DNA of 64,000 nt from Bugula neritina (GCA_964035545.1 OZ037773.1:8647751-8711750); one strand, 5' to 3'. Positions 25,835 to 39,462 are shown, counted from the first letter of the stretch. Translations and numbers: made by a program. The notes: generated from the letters alone by a model not told the origin.

Positions 25835-26125
25835 TTATATACTCTCTGATATGTGCTTTATGATATATACTCTATGATATGTGCTTTATGATATACACTC
25901 TATGATATATGCTCTATGATATATACTCTATGATATATGCTTTATGATATATACTTTATGATATATGCTTTATAATATATACCCTATAATATATACTTTA
26001 TGATATATACTATATGATATATGCTTTATGATATATACTCTATGATATATACTCTATGATATATGCTTTACGATATATACTCTATGATATATGCTTTATG
26101 ATATATAATACTCTATGATATATGT
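25835..26125 (+). repeat. 14-bp AT-rich minisatellite (TATGATATATRCTY)n in Rho-B intron 3; second copy ~36643-36903
   Basis: Direct tandem units; copy number differs slightly between the duplicates. Confidence 0.85.
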
Positions 26126-28193
26126 CTTATATGGAATGTACATTATCATATATACCAGATATACTTAAGCTAACCATACTGTATACTATAATAGTGTATT
26201 TCTCACTTTGATAATATCACTCTTAGGAACTAAAATAGATCTACGAGAAGATGAAGAAACTAAACAAAGACTGAAAAAAATAGGACTGGATATTATAACC
26301 ACTGAGCAAGGACAAGCCCTGTGTAAACGCATCAAAGCCTACAAGTATATGTAGACATCAGCTCTAACAGGGCACGGGGTTGATCATGCAAGTACCATTT
26401 AACAACTGCTTACACTTTGCAGTTGGTAATATGCTGTTTATAACTAATTATTTATTGTCTGCAACCCTGGGATTCCTGTATGAACTATAGGTTTTTCTTA
26501 AAGTATTTATTTTTAGCTATTTAAAGTTTTATAAATTTATAAAAATTTGAATAGTTAAAAGAGAGGCTAAAGATAAATATTTAGAGGCAAAACTCTGTTC
26601 CTTTTTAAGGTTTATTTTTGGCGTGTTATACTTGATTTAGCATAGCCTAGGCGGCCATCTTTTCTGTTTCTAACAATGTACTTGTAAGTACATGTAAAAT
26701 AACCACAAAGTTTTTCTCGTAAACATTTTGAAACAACATTATTTTATACCTAACTATTGTAGTAGCTATCTTTTGTTAACTATAATATTATATACACATT
26801 TGGGTGGATAAAACAGTAAAAAAATTTATTCCTACGTTTAGTCTATTAGAGCGAGTGTTTTCTCACAAACTTTATTTGGTAAACTTCTGTCAACATGTGG
26901 TTTCTGTGCTGAACAGGTCTTTGAAGAAGCTGTAAGACTGGCCATGCAACCTAAAGAACAGGAAAAGGAAAAGAAAAAGTCTAGATGTCAGATGATGTAA
27001 TCAACTTTAAAAGAACAAAATCTTACTTATAGTATAAGAAAGGTTTGCTCTCACCTAATAATACTATAGCTGCTGTATAACATATTCATCACTTCTTAAG
27101 ATAAATTCTTTAAACTGAATAGTTGTAAGCTTTCACCTGAAAATGCTATTATGTAAGTTTGTGGGTTTGACTCTATAACGCCTTGTATTTTGTCTGCCAA
27201 GCATAATGTTGCAAGATTGGTTGCTTTATTCTTTTTTTTTTTATACAACATATATTTTATATATTTTATTTACAACATAATGTATTGTATACAAATACTG
27301 CATTTTATGCTCACTCAAATTGAATGCCTATAGCTTTTTATAGTGGTCATATTTTTGCACAAATAATCTTTTAGTTTCCTTTTTCTTTTCCTTCTAATAA
27401 GAGTAGTCTGCTCACAAAATATCTTGACTTTATTATATGCTAACTAAATAATATGTCGCTTGCCAGTTATAGTACTAATTCACATGCCAGAAAGTGAGTT
27501 TACTGTAAAGTATCATGATTTTCTTCAATATTCAAAATCAAATGTTTAATGTTGAAATGAATGTGAAGCTACACTCACATTGTGTAGTTATTCACAAAAA
27601 CAAAACAAACTGCACTCAATTTAACTATTGCATGGTAAGAAGGTTTGGGAGAGGTAGATATAGGTGGCAGCTGTATTCTAGTGAAGAACTGAAGGACTAA
27701 AAACTTCGGGGAACTTCAAAAATCCGAGTAAACTTTTGCTCTTGAAAAAATGAGAAGAAAAATAATGAGTTAAACACCAGCCTGTGTTCCATGTTGTGTT
27801 GTGTATATGTTCTGTGTGTGTGTTAAAAATTGCCAGCATAAAATTATAAGACTGTTTGTCTTCAAATTTATGTTGATATAAAAAAGCTTCTTTTATTTGA
27901 CAGAAATATAAAACTCTCAAATTATAAATGTATTTTGCTTCTGCATGTTAAATATTTTATTTTGCTTAAATTATTAAAGTTTAAATAATTTCAACTCACA
28001 AAGGATTTGTCTATAAATTGATGCACTTCTAAAAGATGGGAGTGAATGCCAGTGTTGTTTCTCAGATATTCCTTTAAGAAGTAGTTTCTGATTGGTTAGA
28101 TTGAACAGCAATCATCAGCAACACTACAAATATATTGTTTATAGTAATATATTATTGTGTTTTTTTTTTGCATTGTTAGTAATAATCATATAT

Positions 28194-28198
28194 AACAC

Positions 28199-28234
<36 letters not shown>

Positions 28235-28298
28235 AGCACACACACACCTACACACAAACACACACACAAACACACACACACACTCACAAACACACACA

Positions 28299-28385
<87 letters not shown>
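28194..28385. repeat. (CA)n microsatellite; much shorter paralog at ~38974-39031
   Basis: Visible dinucleotide run. It explains the spurious HT/CV ORFs. Confidence 0.97.
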
Positions 28386-28389
<4 letters not shown>

Positions 28390-30202
28390 GTTTGTCAAAC
28401 TATTCATGTTTTAATAATAACTTTTCACAATGAAGGTAACAGAGTCTTGCGTAAGTCGGCTGCAAGATTTAAAAGTAATGAACATTGCATTTGAGTCGAT
28501 AAACATCATAAGATTGGTCTATTCAGTAACTCATTTACTTTATGCTTGTGTTTTTAAAGGGAAAACAACTTTAGAGAAACTGTTGCAAAAGCTTATTTCA
28601 CTGTAGTTATGTATTTATCTTTACTTTTATATGGGTGCAAAATAAAATTAATAATATTCAACTAAAAAAACTTGTAAAAAGTTTTCAAATCTAGGTGTTG
28701 TTTCAAGTAAAGATTTAAACAAGCAGGCTCGCTAAGTTTGTTTTTTACTATTTTATGATTAGTGCATCTTCAAATAATAATATTTCTACATAGGAAACAT
28801 TTTTAGCAACTGAATCTTTTTTGGATAGACTTTTAAGACTTTTACAGTATTAAAAGTAGCACCAGCATTGGTTCCGTTGCTTTAAATTTGATTTTATCAT
28901 AGAGTTATTCATCTGTAATTTGCCTGTTTTACATTTTGACAAAATCAGGTATTTCTTTATTTAATTGAGATACCTAATTTTATCACTGTGATTACTCAAT
29001 ACTTTATTAAAACATATTTATAATAAAACACCTGGTGATGGATAAAATAAAAATGTGTTGTGAAGTGTACTTTAAAACATTTTAACAAGATGTGTTATTT
29101 CTACTATGTGGGTCATAGTCAACATTATTACTGCATGAATACACGTACTATACCATCTTATTGTTCAACTTTATTCAAAGCAATTAATTTTGATATAAGG
29201 AAGTTCTCAAATGCTTTTACATCGAGGGGTAATTTCTTTTCAGCTGTTAAGAAAGTTAAAAAGTTGAATACCCATAAATATATAATGACTCTTATATAAA
29301 CAGCTGGCACACCATTCGAGTTGACAGCAAAGCTTTACAGCAGAAACTTTACAGCATAGAAACTTGGCACATGGCCAAGGATTAATAGCAATATTTCAAT
29401 CTCTACGAAAGATGGAAATGTGTTTTCTGAAAATAAAAAAGTTATATCATTTCAATTACTACACATGGAGATCTTTCAACAGGCCAGATAACTCCAACTA
29501 GTTAGCTTAAAGTTATGCACATCGAGTTATTTCAGATAGTTTTAATGTTGCTATGGAGATAGCAGTAGACAAACATGTGCTACCAGCTAAGAATTGTACA
29601 GAAACTTGGATCCTAAAAGAAATAGACAATAAAAAATGAGTCACAAAAATTCTTCAGTGGGACAGGAAATTTGCACACACCCCTACAACAAGGAAAAATA
29701 TATGTAGCCCTAGTTCTTAGCATACAGAGAAGTTGTCTAACCACGTGTGTTCCTCCTACTCCAAACCAGCAACTAGAAACAGAAGTCTACACTCCTGCAC
29801 CTAAGAGACATTGTTACTGATGAAATACCATGTTACATAGTAGACAATATGCAGGCACAGATAGGTTATTTTATAATGTACATAAGCAATAGACTGCTCA
29901 TCAGATAAGCTTGTCCTGGCTGTTTAAATTGATGCCAAATCAAAACATTCATGACAGTTTGATAAACTAAGAGCTATACAATATGGGGAATCACTTAATA
30001 CACTTGTATAACTAATTCTTAACTCTGGTTAAGAATAAGAGTGTTACGATTGCTTTGTATTCCATTACACTGCATCACACTCTGAGCACTAAACAAACGA
30101 AACTGCTACTATACAAAGGAAGTAGGGTAGCAAGTCATTTCATTACTAGTGCTACTAGGGTTAGCTATCCAAAGAACACACTGCATAAAACTTGAAGATA
30201 CA

Positions 30203-32776
30203 ATGCTTTCCTTAGATAAGATGGTGAAGAATATAACTGTAGTTGGTGATGGAAATGTTGGGAAAACTTGTCTGTTAATATCTCACAAAGACAAGCGGTT
30301 TACTGAGGAGTATGTTCCAACAATGTAAGTATACGTGATCAGCTATCTAGCTTGTCTTCTGCTGTCATTTCTTAACTAGTAGTAGTAACATGACTAAAGT
30401 ATACTTTTACTCTATAAGAAGCACCAACTTGCATAAAACCTTCAGCATAAAACAGTGAAAATATGACAATTGATATATACTTATAGCCACATGTGGACAT
30501 CACTTTACTGTGTTTATTCATATTTTAAGCCTTTTAGTTGAGGTTTTACACAGTTTTACTATAAAGTTGCACTGTTTAGTAAAACTGCGGGTAGAGATAA
30601 GAGCTAAACTATAAATATGATTATTAAAGCTTGTGTGAGTATATTCCCTTAGCTTTATTACTGAAGGCCACTATAACACAATTTACTTCCAACTTATATT
30701 ATCCTCAGATATGCTTATACTCAAATATGCTTATCCTCAGATATGCTTATCATCAGACATCCTTATACTCAGATATGCTTATACTCAGATATGCTTATAC
30801 TCAAGCATGCGCGTCTGTCTGTATGTTAGAAAACTCAAGCGATAGCATGTTAAAGTGATACTGCTTTAGATTTGAGAACTTTGCTGAAGAGATCTATGTT
30901 GATGGGAATCTTGTAAACGTGGAGCTGATGGATACGGCCGGACAAGAAGAATTTGATCATATTCGGCTACTGGCATATCGCAAGGTACAGGATATTACCT
31001 GTATACTGATATACTATTACCTGTATACTGATATACTATTACCTGTATACTGATATACTATTACCTGTATACTGATATACTATCACCTGTATACTGATAC
31101 ACTACTTCCTGTATACTGATATAGTATTACCTGTGTACTGATATACTATTACCTGTATACTGATATACTGCTACCTGCATACTGATATACTATTACCTGC
31201 AGACAGACGTGTTTCTGGTCTGCTTCTCAGTAGCAGTGGAAGACAGTTACGAAAACATAGTTCTCAAGTGGATACCAGAACTTAAACAGCATAAGGAAGA
31301 CTTGCGCATAATACTAGTAGGTAAGTTAAATTACCAGGTAAACCATGTCGCTATGCTAAGTAAAGTATATTATCACAGAAGCAGTTGCATCAACTCGCTA
31401 TGTTAAGTAAGTTACATCTATATTTCAAGTCAAGCCACATAAACATGAAAACACCAATCAGTTGTTGTGCCCCCACATTTCAGAACGTAGTTTAGAAAGC
31501 TGACTAGTTACGATTTTTCAGTTATCTCCACCTTAATAGGTTGACTCATCTATTAAAACTAATACTGAGAAATAATCTTATTATTGTCTTAGCAAGTTAT
31601 TTTTCACTATTCATCAACATACATACTTCAATGTTGTGTAACCTTTCTCGGTTTATTTTAATATTATGTTTACTAAACAGTTATTGTTTCCATAGTAACA
31701 GGCAGCATGGGCATTAGTATTTTTCCTTGTAGCTCAAAATGGGAATTTAGTTGTTTAAATGGAGTATCAACTTCAAATAGTTCAATGAATTAAACAATCT
31801 ACAAATATATATATTTTTTGTAATTCAGTGATGAGTTTGATAGAAGTTTGATTCTCAACTCCACCATTCACCAGAATTGTCTTCTCATTGCAAGTTTCTA
31901 GTTGAGTTCATAACTTAAGCAGTGGATAAATAAACTTGATTTCAGGTACTAAAGCTGATCTGAGAGATGATGATGAAATGAAGGAAAAACTGGTACTTTC
32001 TGGAAAATCTTTTGTGACTGCAAAGAAAGCAGAAGAGCTCTGCAAACAAATCAAAGCAGCCAAATACATTGAAACTTCTGCAAAGACAGCTCACAGAGTA
32101 GATGAGGTGAGAAGCACTAACTGCTTAGCTAAATTCTTATTTTAATGATTATTTATTTTTAGTATTTTATCCATTTATTTTTAAAATATGTCAAACTTTT
32201 AAAAACCCTCTAGTTTTGTTATTTATACTACTATTCTTTATTGAAGTTAGGTACTTTTAATTTCAGAATAATATAATACAAAAAAACTAAAAAAAGTTTT
32301 TCATTTTTTTTGACTGATTTTTATTTTTGGAAAACACAGATTTACATAATTTGACTGCAATGAAATGTCTGCCTTGAAAGAATACATTTATATAATGGTA
32401 CACAAAGTATATGCAAAAATAAATAGTTTGCATGATACTTTATTTTTGAGGTTTTTTCTTTCTGAAATAGGAAAAGATATTATTTTTCAGCTCACAGAAT
32501 CTGCAAGCTTTTTTTAGGTTTTGGTTGATACAAATTTCTACTTGGCTGTCAACTCCAAATCTTAATATTTAATTATTTACAAGATACTTCCAGTACATAT
32601 AGCAGGCAACTCCTATTATTGATATTTAATTATTTAGGTTGCTCTCAATGTTTTCTCACTATGAAATTTTAATATATCTATTTTTGCAGGTTTTTGAAGA
32701 GGCTGCACTATTGGCATTGCAAGAAAGAAACTTTTGGGTAGAAAGTGATGATAAGCGTTGCTGCCAAATCCTGTGA
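30203..32776 (+). CDS. Rho-family small GTPase, type A copy 2 (200 aa); exons 30203-30324, 30870-30984, 31203-31320, 31946-32106, 32690-32776
   Basis: Same exon structure as A1. [49 protein letters not shown]. Confidence 0.93.
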
Positions 32777-35199
32777 CCCTGCAGAGTACCTCTGTTTTAA
32801 AATTAGTTAAATGCAATGGCCATTTGTCTGTTAATTTCCATCAATTATTCTAACAATATAAACAATATTTATTTTACACTGCAGATTGTAAAAAAAAGTT
32901 TCTCTTTGATTGAAGTGCTGGATATTATAGGTATTTGGAAGTGCTAAGAATTTTATGTACTCATTAGTAATATGGGTTGTGAATTGGCAATTTTTCAAAC
33001 TGCATCACAAATAATTTTCTGCTGCTGGCAAATTATGTTTTTGTCTCTATTTAACCAGTTTTCTAGAAATTACCTAAAGCTTAGAATTTAAGCTTTAAGT
33101 CACAAGCCATTAGTTTTAAAAACCTGTAAGTTATTAACATTTCAATCTTTTCAATACATTTCGGTTATCTCAAAAAGATTAGCTTAACAATCGCCCCTGT
33201 TCAATGGAAGGTAAGTTGACTAAAATATTTGTCTCCATATTTTATTATATCGTATTGATTGCTTTGTTGGTTTTATGACTGCATTTATACTAATTACTCT
33301 TATGTAAAATTTACATATGGCCAGTAACTATTAAGAGCTCAATAAATTGTGAGTTACTGCACACCTAAAGCATTTGACTTATGTCTATCCACAGCTGATT
33401 GTAGAATTGGCTTTTAAAGAGGGGGAATCAGTATTGAGCCAACTTGTATAAATGTTCTGTTAAAAAGACTCATCAATTGCAAACAAGTTTTGTATGCCAT
33501 GATTTTGTACCTGCAGTGCAAGTTTGAAACATTGATGCCAGTTAGTTCACCTAATAGAGAGGGCGTGAGGATTAAAGAGATGATGGGGGTAGAGGGGTGG
33601 AGATACAGAGGGTGAGAAATAAAAAGGAGGGTAAATATAGACTACAAATAGAAGTATGTGTTAATTGAATAAAACTACTATACTTACAATGGTTATACAC
33701 CTTATTTTTGCTGTCCGAATAATGCTTGTTTCTTGTGAATTCTTCCTTTCCAAGCATATGTTCTTTTACTAAGAACTTTCTTTAAACTTGATTTTAATTT
33801 AAATTCAACCAGGATGGTGTTAGTCAAATTTCAATTAGGACTCCATTAAATTAAATGTTGTACATTGTAGTTTCCGCAGCAAATATATTACTAGTCAGGT
33901 CAGGGTACTACCTGCTACCGGTGACCATGTATCCGGTACTACCTGCTACCGGTAACCATGTATCTGGTACTACTCGCTACCGGTAACCATGTATCCGGTA
34001 CTACCTGCTACCGATAACCATGTATCCGGTACTACCTGCTACCGGTAACCATGTATCCGGTACTACCTGCTACCGGTAACCATGTATCCGATACTACCTG
34101 CTACCGGTAACAATGTATCCGGTACTACCTGTTCATGGGTCGACTGTCAGCGACTCAACTGACTAGCTAGCCCTTTTCCTTAAACTGGGAAGGGGGCTTC
34201 CTAGAAATCCCTTAAAAACATTTGTAAATAAATAGTCAAATGTAGATATAGCAGTGCCAGTAAAGTTGGGATTGTATCTTTTTACTATAGTCTCAGTGGT
34301 AATCATATTGATATTGTCATTCACATTATTACTCATAATTAAAAGGACTGGTAGTTATAATGATATTGTCAATATCACATTAATAATAATACTCAACTCT
34401 AACCTAATTATACTATTAACAATAAAATGTATTATAATGGTAATCAGATAAATTCTTCTCTAAATTACTATATGCCAGTGGGGAGCAAATTGCCAGATCC
34501 AGTGCTGTATTGGTAAAACTTTATTAACTGATACTCTGGGGCATAAGAGAAACAACTCTGCCTGAACAACATGGGCGGGTGTCCTATCTGCCATAGCCAA
34601 AAGTCAAGTCTAAAACCTACTTGAAGTCTAGCTTGCAAGCCGTTTCTCAGCTGTTTACACAGTGGAAACTTACACAGTTTATAAAGTTGATAATTTGTGG
34701 AATCGTTTGTGGAGCAATACACTGAACACATTCAAATGTCAGCAAATACATTCGCTTCCGTCAAAGTAAAAGTTTTCTCAGCTATTGAAAATTAAAACTC
34801 AATGAAATCATTCATTGCAATAAAATGTGTAGAAGCCTATTCGCTAAAATTTTATGCAACATTTGAAAAACCGTCAAATAATATTCTATATAATTAGACA
34901 TACTAATTACTACATAATATAGGAATATGTGACAGTGTTCTCTCTATATCTTACGGTCCTATTTCCTATGAGATCCCATAGGTCACGAGAAGGGCTTGGC
35001 CCTTGTAACTTAATATGTATATGTGTGTATAGGGATTTTTGAATTACATCTGGTATTTTGCTATGTTGCGAATAAAAGCTCCTTGACTCATGGTTGCATG
35101 CTATACATAATTGTATGCTATACATAATTGTATGCTATACATAATTGTATGCTATACATGGTTGCATGCTATACTACATAGTTGTAGGAATTAGACAAG

Positions 35200-37779
35200 A
35201 TGCAGTCTGCTGAAAAACTTAAAATAAAAGTAGGTCTTGTTGGTGATGGCATTGTCGGAAAAACAGCTTTGATGGTCTTTCACAAAGAAAGAAGATTTTT
35301 CGAGGAGTCTCTTGCAACTGTGTGAGCATATAGTGAAACTAAGAGTCAATAGCAGATTCAGAAGTTTTTACTTGTTTATGAAGTCACTAAGTAATTGAAT
35401 GTCATAGCTTTCAGGTTAGCCTGAGAGTCGGTGTATTGAGATGGGTTGCTTAGCTTAGCTTGGCTGCAAGCCAACTTCAGCTCCCGGCATAGTTTGTAAA
35501 AGAAGCCAGCATGCAATTAAATATTTATATATGATGCCGTGTGGGCGCGCGTGTGTTGTGTGTGAGGGCTTGGGGTTTGGGGTTTGGGGTTTGGGCTTTG
35601 GGCTTGGGGTTTGGGGTTTGGGGTTTGGAGGCTGGGGGCTGGGGGCTGGGGGCTGGGGGCTGGGCGGCATGTAAAAAATGGACATGGTTGTTTGACATTG
35701 GTTCTGTTTATTTTTATATTGTCATTCTTGTGCAATAGTTTTGAAACTAAATAAAACTCTACCTCTAAGTTTCAGGAATGTTTGCATTATGTTAACAAAC
35801 AAAGATCGAGCCATTATAGAAATTTGCAATAGCTTTCTAAAAGCTGCTCTTAGTAGAAAATAGCATAAAGATGGCGATATGGGAACACAGTAAAAGAATA
35901 TAAAATTAATAGTTGACAATATATGATATTACAGTTTCTCTACATATTTTAGCCAATACACTACCTATCTTGGTGTGACCATGCCTTCACTGCTGGTATT
36001 ATAAATTGGCAGGTTTGATTCTGAAACAACAGAAATTTCTGTAGATGGCACTTTAGTAGACTGTGAACTGTGGGACGCAGGTGGTCAAGAAGATTATAAA
36101 AGTCTTCGAAGCATCTCCTACCCTAGTGTAAGTATATTTTGAATATGCAGGCTAATCTTCATTGCGTGTCAATGTGCTCAATATTATATATAGCTATACT
36201 AATTGTGCATGATGCTCAAAACCAGCTTTATAAAACATAATATAACGTGCATTTTCTGAGAAAAGGAAAATATATTGCAGCAGTTAAAAAATAGAAAACA
36301 ACTTTATAGATTAAGTTATATAATTTTATGCACTTATCATATTATTACAGCTGACTTTATCACGAAACAATGAATTATAATATATATATAAGTGAATAGA
36401 TGTTATTGTGCATAAGGATATTACCTCTCACCTTACTCTGTTATCTTTCTCTGTCACCTTATTCTGTTATTTTATAGACGGACGTTTTTATTATCTGTTT
36501 CAATGTGGCAAGTCCCGCAAGCTTCGAGAGTGTCACCAGAATATGGCTGCCTGAACTCGAACATTTCAATAAAGAGTTACGTATAATACTTGTTGGTAAG
36601 AATATTTTTATCATTGCTGCAAGTTATATGTATGTCATCAGTTATATACTCTCTGATATGTGCTTTATGATATATACTCTATGATATGTGCTTTATGATA
36701 TACACTCTATGATATATGCTTTATGATATATACTTTATGATATATGCTTTATAATATATACCCTATAATATATACTTTATGATATATACTATATGATATA
36801 TGCTTTATGATATATACTCTATGATATATACTCTATGATATATGCTTTACGATATATACTCTATGATATATGCTTTATGATATATAATACTCTATGATAT
36901 ATGTCTTATATGGAATGTACATTATCATATATACCAGATATACTTAAGCTAACCATACTGTATACTATAATAGTGTATTTCTCACTTTGATAATATCACT
37001 CTTAGGAACTAAAATAGATCTACGAGAAGATGAAGAAACTAAACAAAGACTGAAAAAAATAGGACTGGATATTATAACCACTGAGCAAGGACAAGCCCTG
37101 TGTAAACGCATCAAAGCCTACAAGTATATGGAGACATCAGCTCTAACAGGGCACGGGGTTGATCATGCAAGTACCATTTAACAACTGCTTACACTTTGCA
37201 GTTGGTAATATGCTGTTTATAACTAATTATTTATTGTCTGCAACCCTGGGATTCCTGTATGAACTATAGGTTTTTCTTAAAGTATTTATTTTTAGCTATT
37301 TAAAGTTTTATAAATTTATAAAAATTTGAATAGTTAAAAGAGAGGCTAAAGATAAATATTTAGAGGCAAAACTCTGTTCCTTTTTAAGGTTTATTTTTGG
37401 CGTGTTATACTTGATTTAGCATAGCCTAGGGGGCCATCTTTTCTGTTTCTAACAATGTACTTGTAAGTACATGTAAAATAACCACAAAGTTTTTCTCGTA
37501 AACATTTTGAAACAACATTATTTTATACCTAACTATCTCAGTAGCTGTCTTTTGTTAACTATAATATAATATACACATTTGGGTGGATAAAACAGTAAAA
37601 AATTTTATTCCTACGTTTAGTCTATTAGAGCGAGTGTTTTCTATCAAACTTTATTTGGTAAACTTCTGTCAACATGTGGTTTCTGTGCTGAACAGGTCTT
37701 TGAAGAAGCTGTAAGACTGGCCATGCAACCCAAAGAACAGGAAAAGGAAAAGAAAAAGTCTAGATGTCAGATGATGTAA
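35200..37779 (+). CDS. Divergent Rho-family small GTPase, type B copy 2 (199 aa); exons 35200-35321, 36013-36127, 36478-36595, 37006-37166 (GC donor), 37696-37779
   Basis: GDGIVGKT, ESLATVFDS, WDAGGQEDY, TKID, Rho insert, ETSAL, KKKSRCQMM* CAAX. The first four exon sizes (122/115/118/161) are identical to type A. Confidence 0.9.
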
Positions 37780-39462
37780 TCAACTTTAAAAGAAGAAAAT
37801 CTTACTTGTAGTATAAGAAAAGTTTGCTCTGACTTAGTAATAGTATAGCTGCTGTATAACATATCCATCACTTCTTAAGATAATTTCTTTAAACTGAATA
37901 GGTGTAAGCTTTCACCTGAAAATGCTATTATGTAAGTTTGTGGGTTTGACTCTATAACGCCTTGTATTTTGTCTGCCAAGCATAATGTTACAAGATTGGT
38001 TGCTTTATTCTTTATATTATTTATACAACACATATTTTATATACTTTTTACAACATAATGTATTGTATACAAATACTGCATTTTATGCTTACTCAAATTG
38101 AATGCTTATAGCTTTTTATAGCGGTCATATTTTTGCACAAATGCACTTTTAGTTTTCTCTTTTCTTCATTTTAATAAAAAAATAGTCTGCTCACAAAATA
38201 TCTTGACTTTATTATATGCTAACTAAATAATATGTCACTTGCCAGTTATAGTACTAATTCACACGCCAGAAAGTGAGTTTACTGTAAGGTATTGTGATTT
38301 CCTTCAATATTCAAAATCAAAGGTTTAATATTGAAATGAATGTGAAGCTACACTCACATTGTGTAGTTATTTACACAAACAAAACAAACTGCACTCAATC
38401 TAACTATTGCATGGTAAGAAGGTTTGGGAGAGGTAGATATAGGTGGCAGCTGTATTCTAGTGAAGAACTGAAAGACTAAAAACTTCGGGGAACTTCAAAA
38501 ATCCGACTAAACTTTTGCTCTTGAAAAAATGAGAAGAAAAATAATGAGTTAAACACCAGCCTGTGTTCCATGTTGTGTTGTGTATATGTTCTGTGTGTGT
38601 GTTAAAAATTGCCAGCCTAAAATTATAAGACTGTTTGTCTTCAAATTTATGTTGATATAAAAAAGCTTCTTATATTTGACAGAAATATAAAACTCTCAAA
38701 TTATAAATGTATTTTACTTCTGCATGCTAAATATTTTATTTTGCTTAAATTATTAAAGTTTAAATAATTTCAACTCACAAAGGATTTGTCTATGAATCGA
38801 TGCACTTCTATAAAAGATGCGAGTGAATGCCAGTGTTGTTTCTCAGATATTCCTTTAAGAAGTAGTTTCTGATTGGTTAGATTGAACAGCAATTATCAGC
38901 AATACTACAAATATATTGTTTATAGTAATATATTATTTTGTTTTTTTTGCATTGTTAGTAATAATCATATATAACACCACACACATGCGCGCACACACAC
39001 GCGCACACACACGCGCGCACACACACACACAGTTGTTTGTAAAACTATCCATGTTTAATTATTAATTTTTTCACAAAGAAGGTAACAGAGTTTTGCGTAA
39101 GTCGCCTGCAAGACTTAAAAGCAATGAACATTGCATTTGAGTCGATAAACATCATAAGATTGGTCTATATGATGGTGTGCTGTTTGATCTTCCAGGTAGT
39201 TGATGATAAAAGTTGTTAAACGTTCTTGTAGAGCCTTTTATCCTCATGTGTATTTAAATGTAAAAGTTTATATTATCTCTGTTAGTTGATAATGAAGCTT
39301 AGCTACAATTTATATGTTATTTTAATTAAAAATGCAATCAAAAGAAATGTAGATGTTTAATCACATGCTTATCTGTTACAGTTGTAGTTCAAATATTGAT
39401 TAGTCGTGTTTTACTTTCTCAAACAACAAGTTGTACATTTCTAATTCTGTGCGATTGCCGGA

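Larger units (their letters stand above)
24386..27000 (+). pseudogene. Rho-family GTPase, type B copy 1, with premature TAG at 26352-26354; exons 24386-24507, 25206-25320, 25671-25788, 26227-26387, 26917-27000
   Basis: Nearly identical to B2, but GAG (Glu of ETSAL) is TAG, removing G5 and the CAAX box. SPAS is also changed to SLAS. Could be a polymorphic null allele or a sequencing error. Confidence 0.8.
15876..39168 (+). repeat. Tandem segmental duplication: copy 1 ~15876-28522, copy 2 ~28521-39168 (copy 2 lacks the equivalent of ~16380-18077)
   Basis: 28521-29036 matches mAChR intron sequence 15876-16379. 29041 onward matches 18078 onward. Similarity ends at CATAAGATTGGTCTAT (28522 and 39168). 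Paired ORFs appear in the ORF track. Confidence 0.92.

Noticed and set aside
28092-28433. HT- and CV-repeat ORFs
   Set aside because: Translations of a (CA)n microsatellite; the paralogous site has a much shorter run.
18078-39168. Duplication as a pure haplotype mis-assembly
   Set aside because: Judged unlikely given the unique junction with an internal deletion, the MITE presence/absence and the substantial divergence of the outer parts. Not fully excluded without reads.
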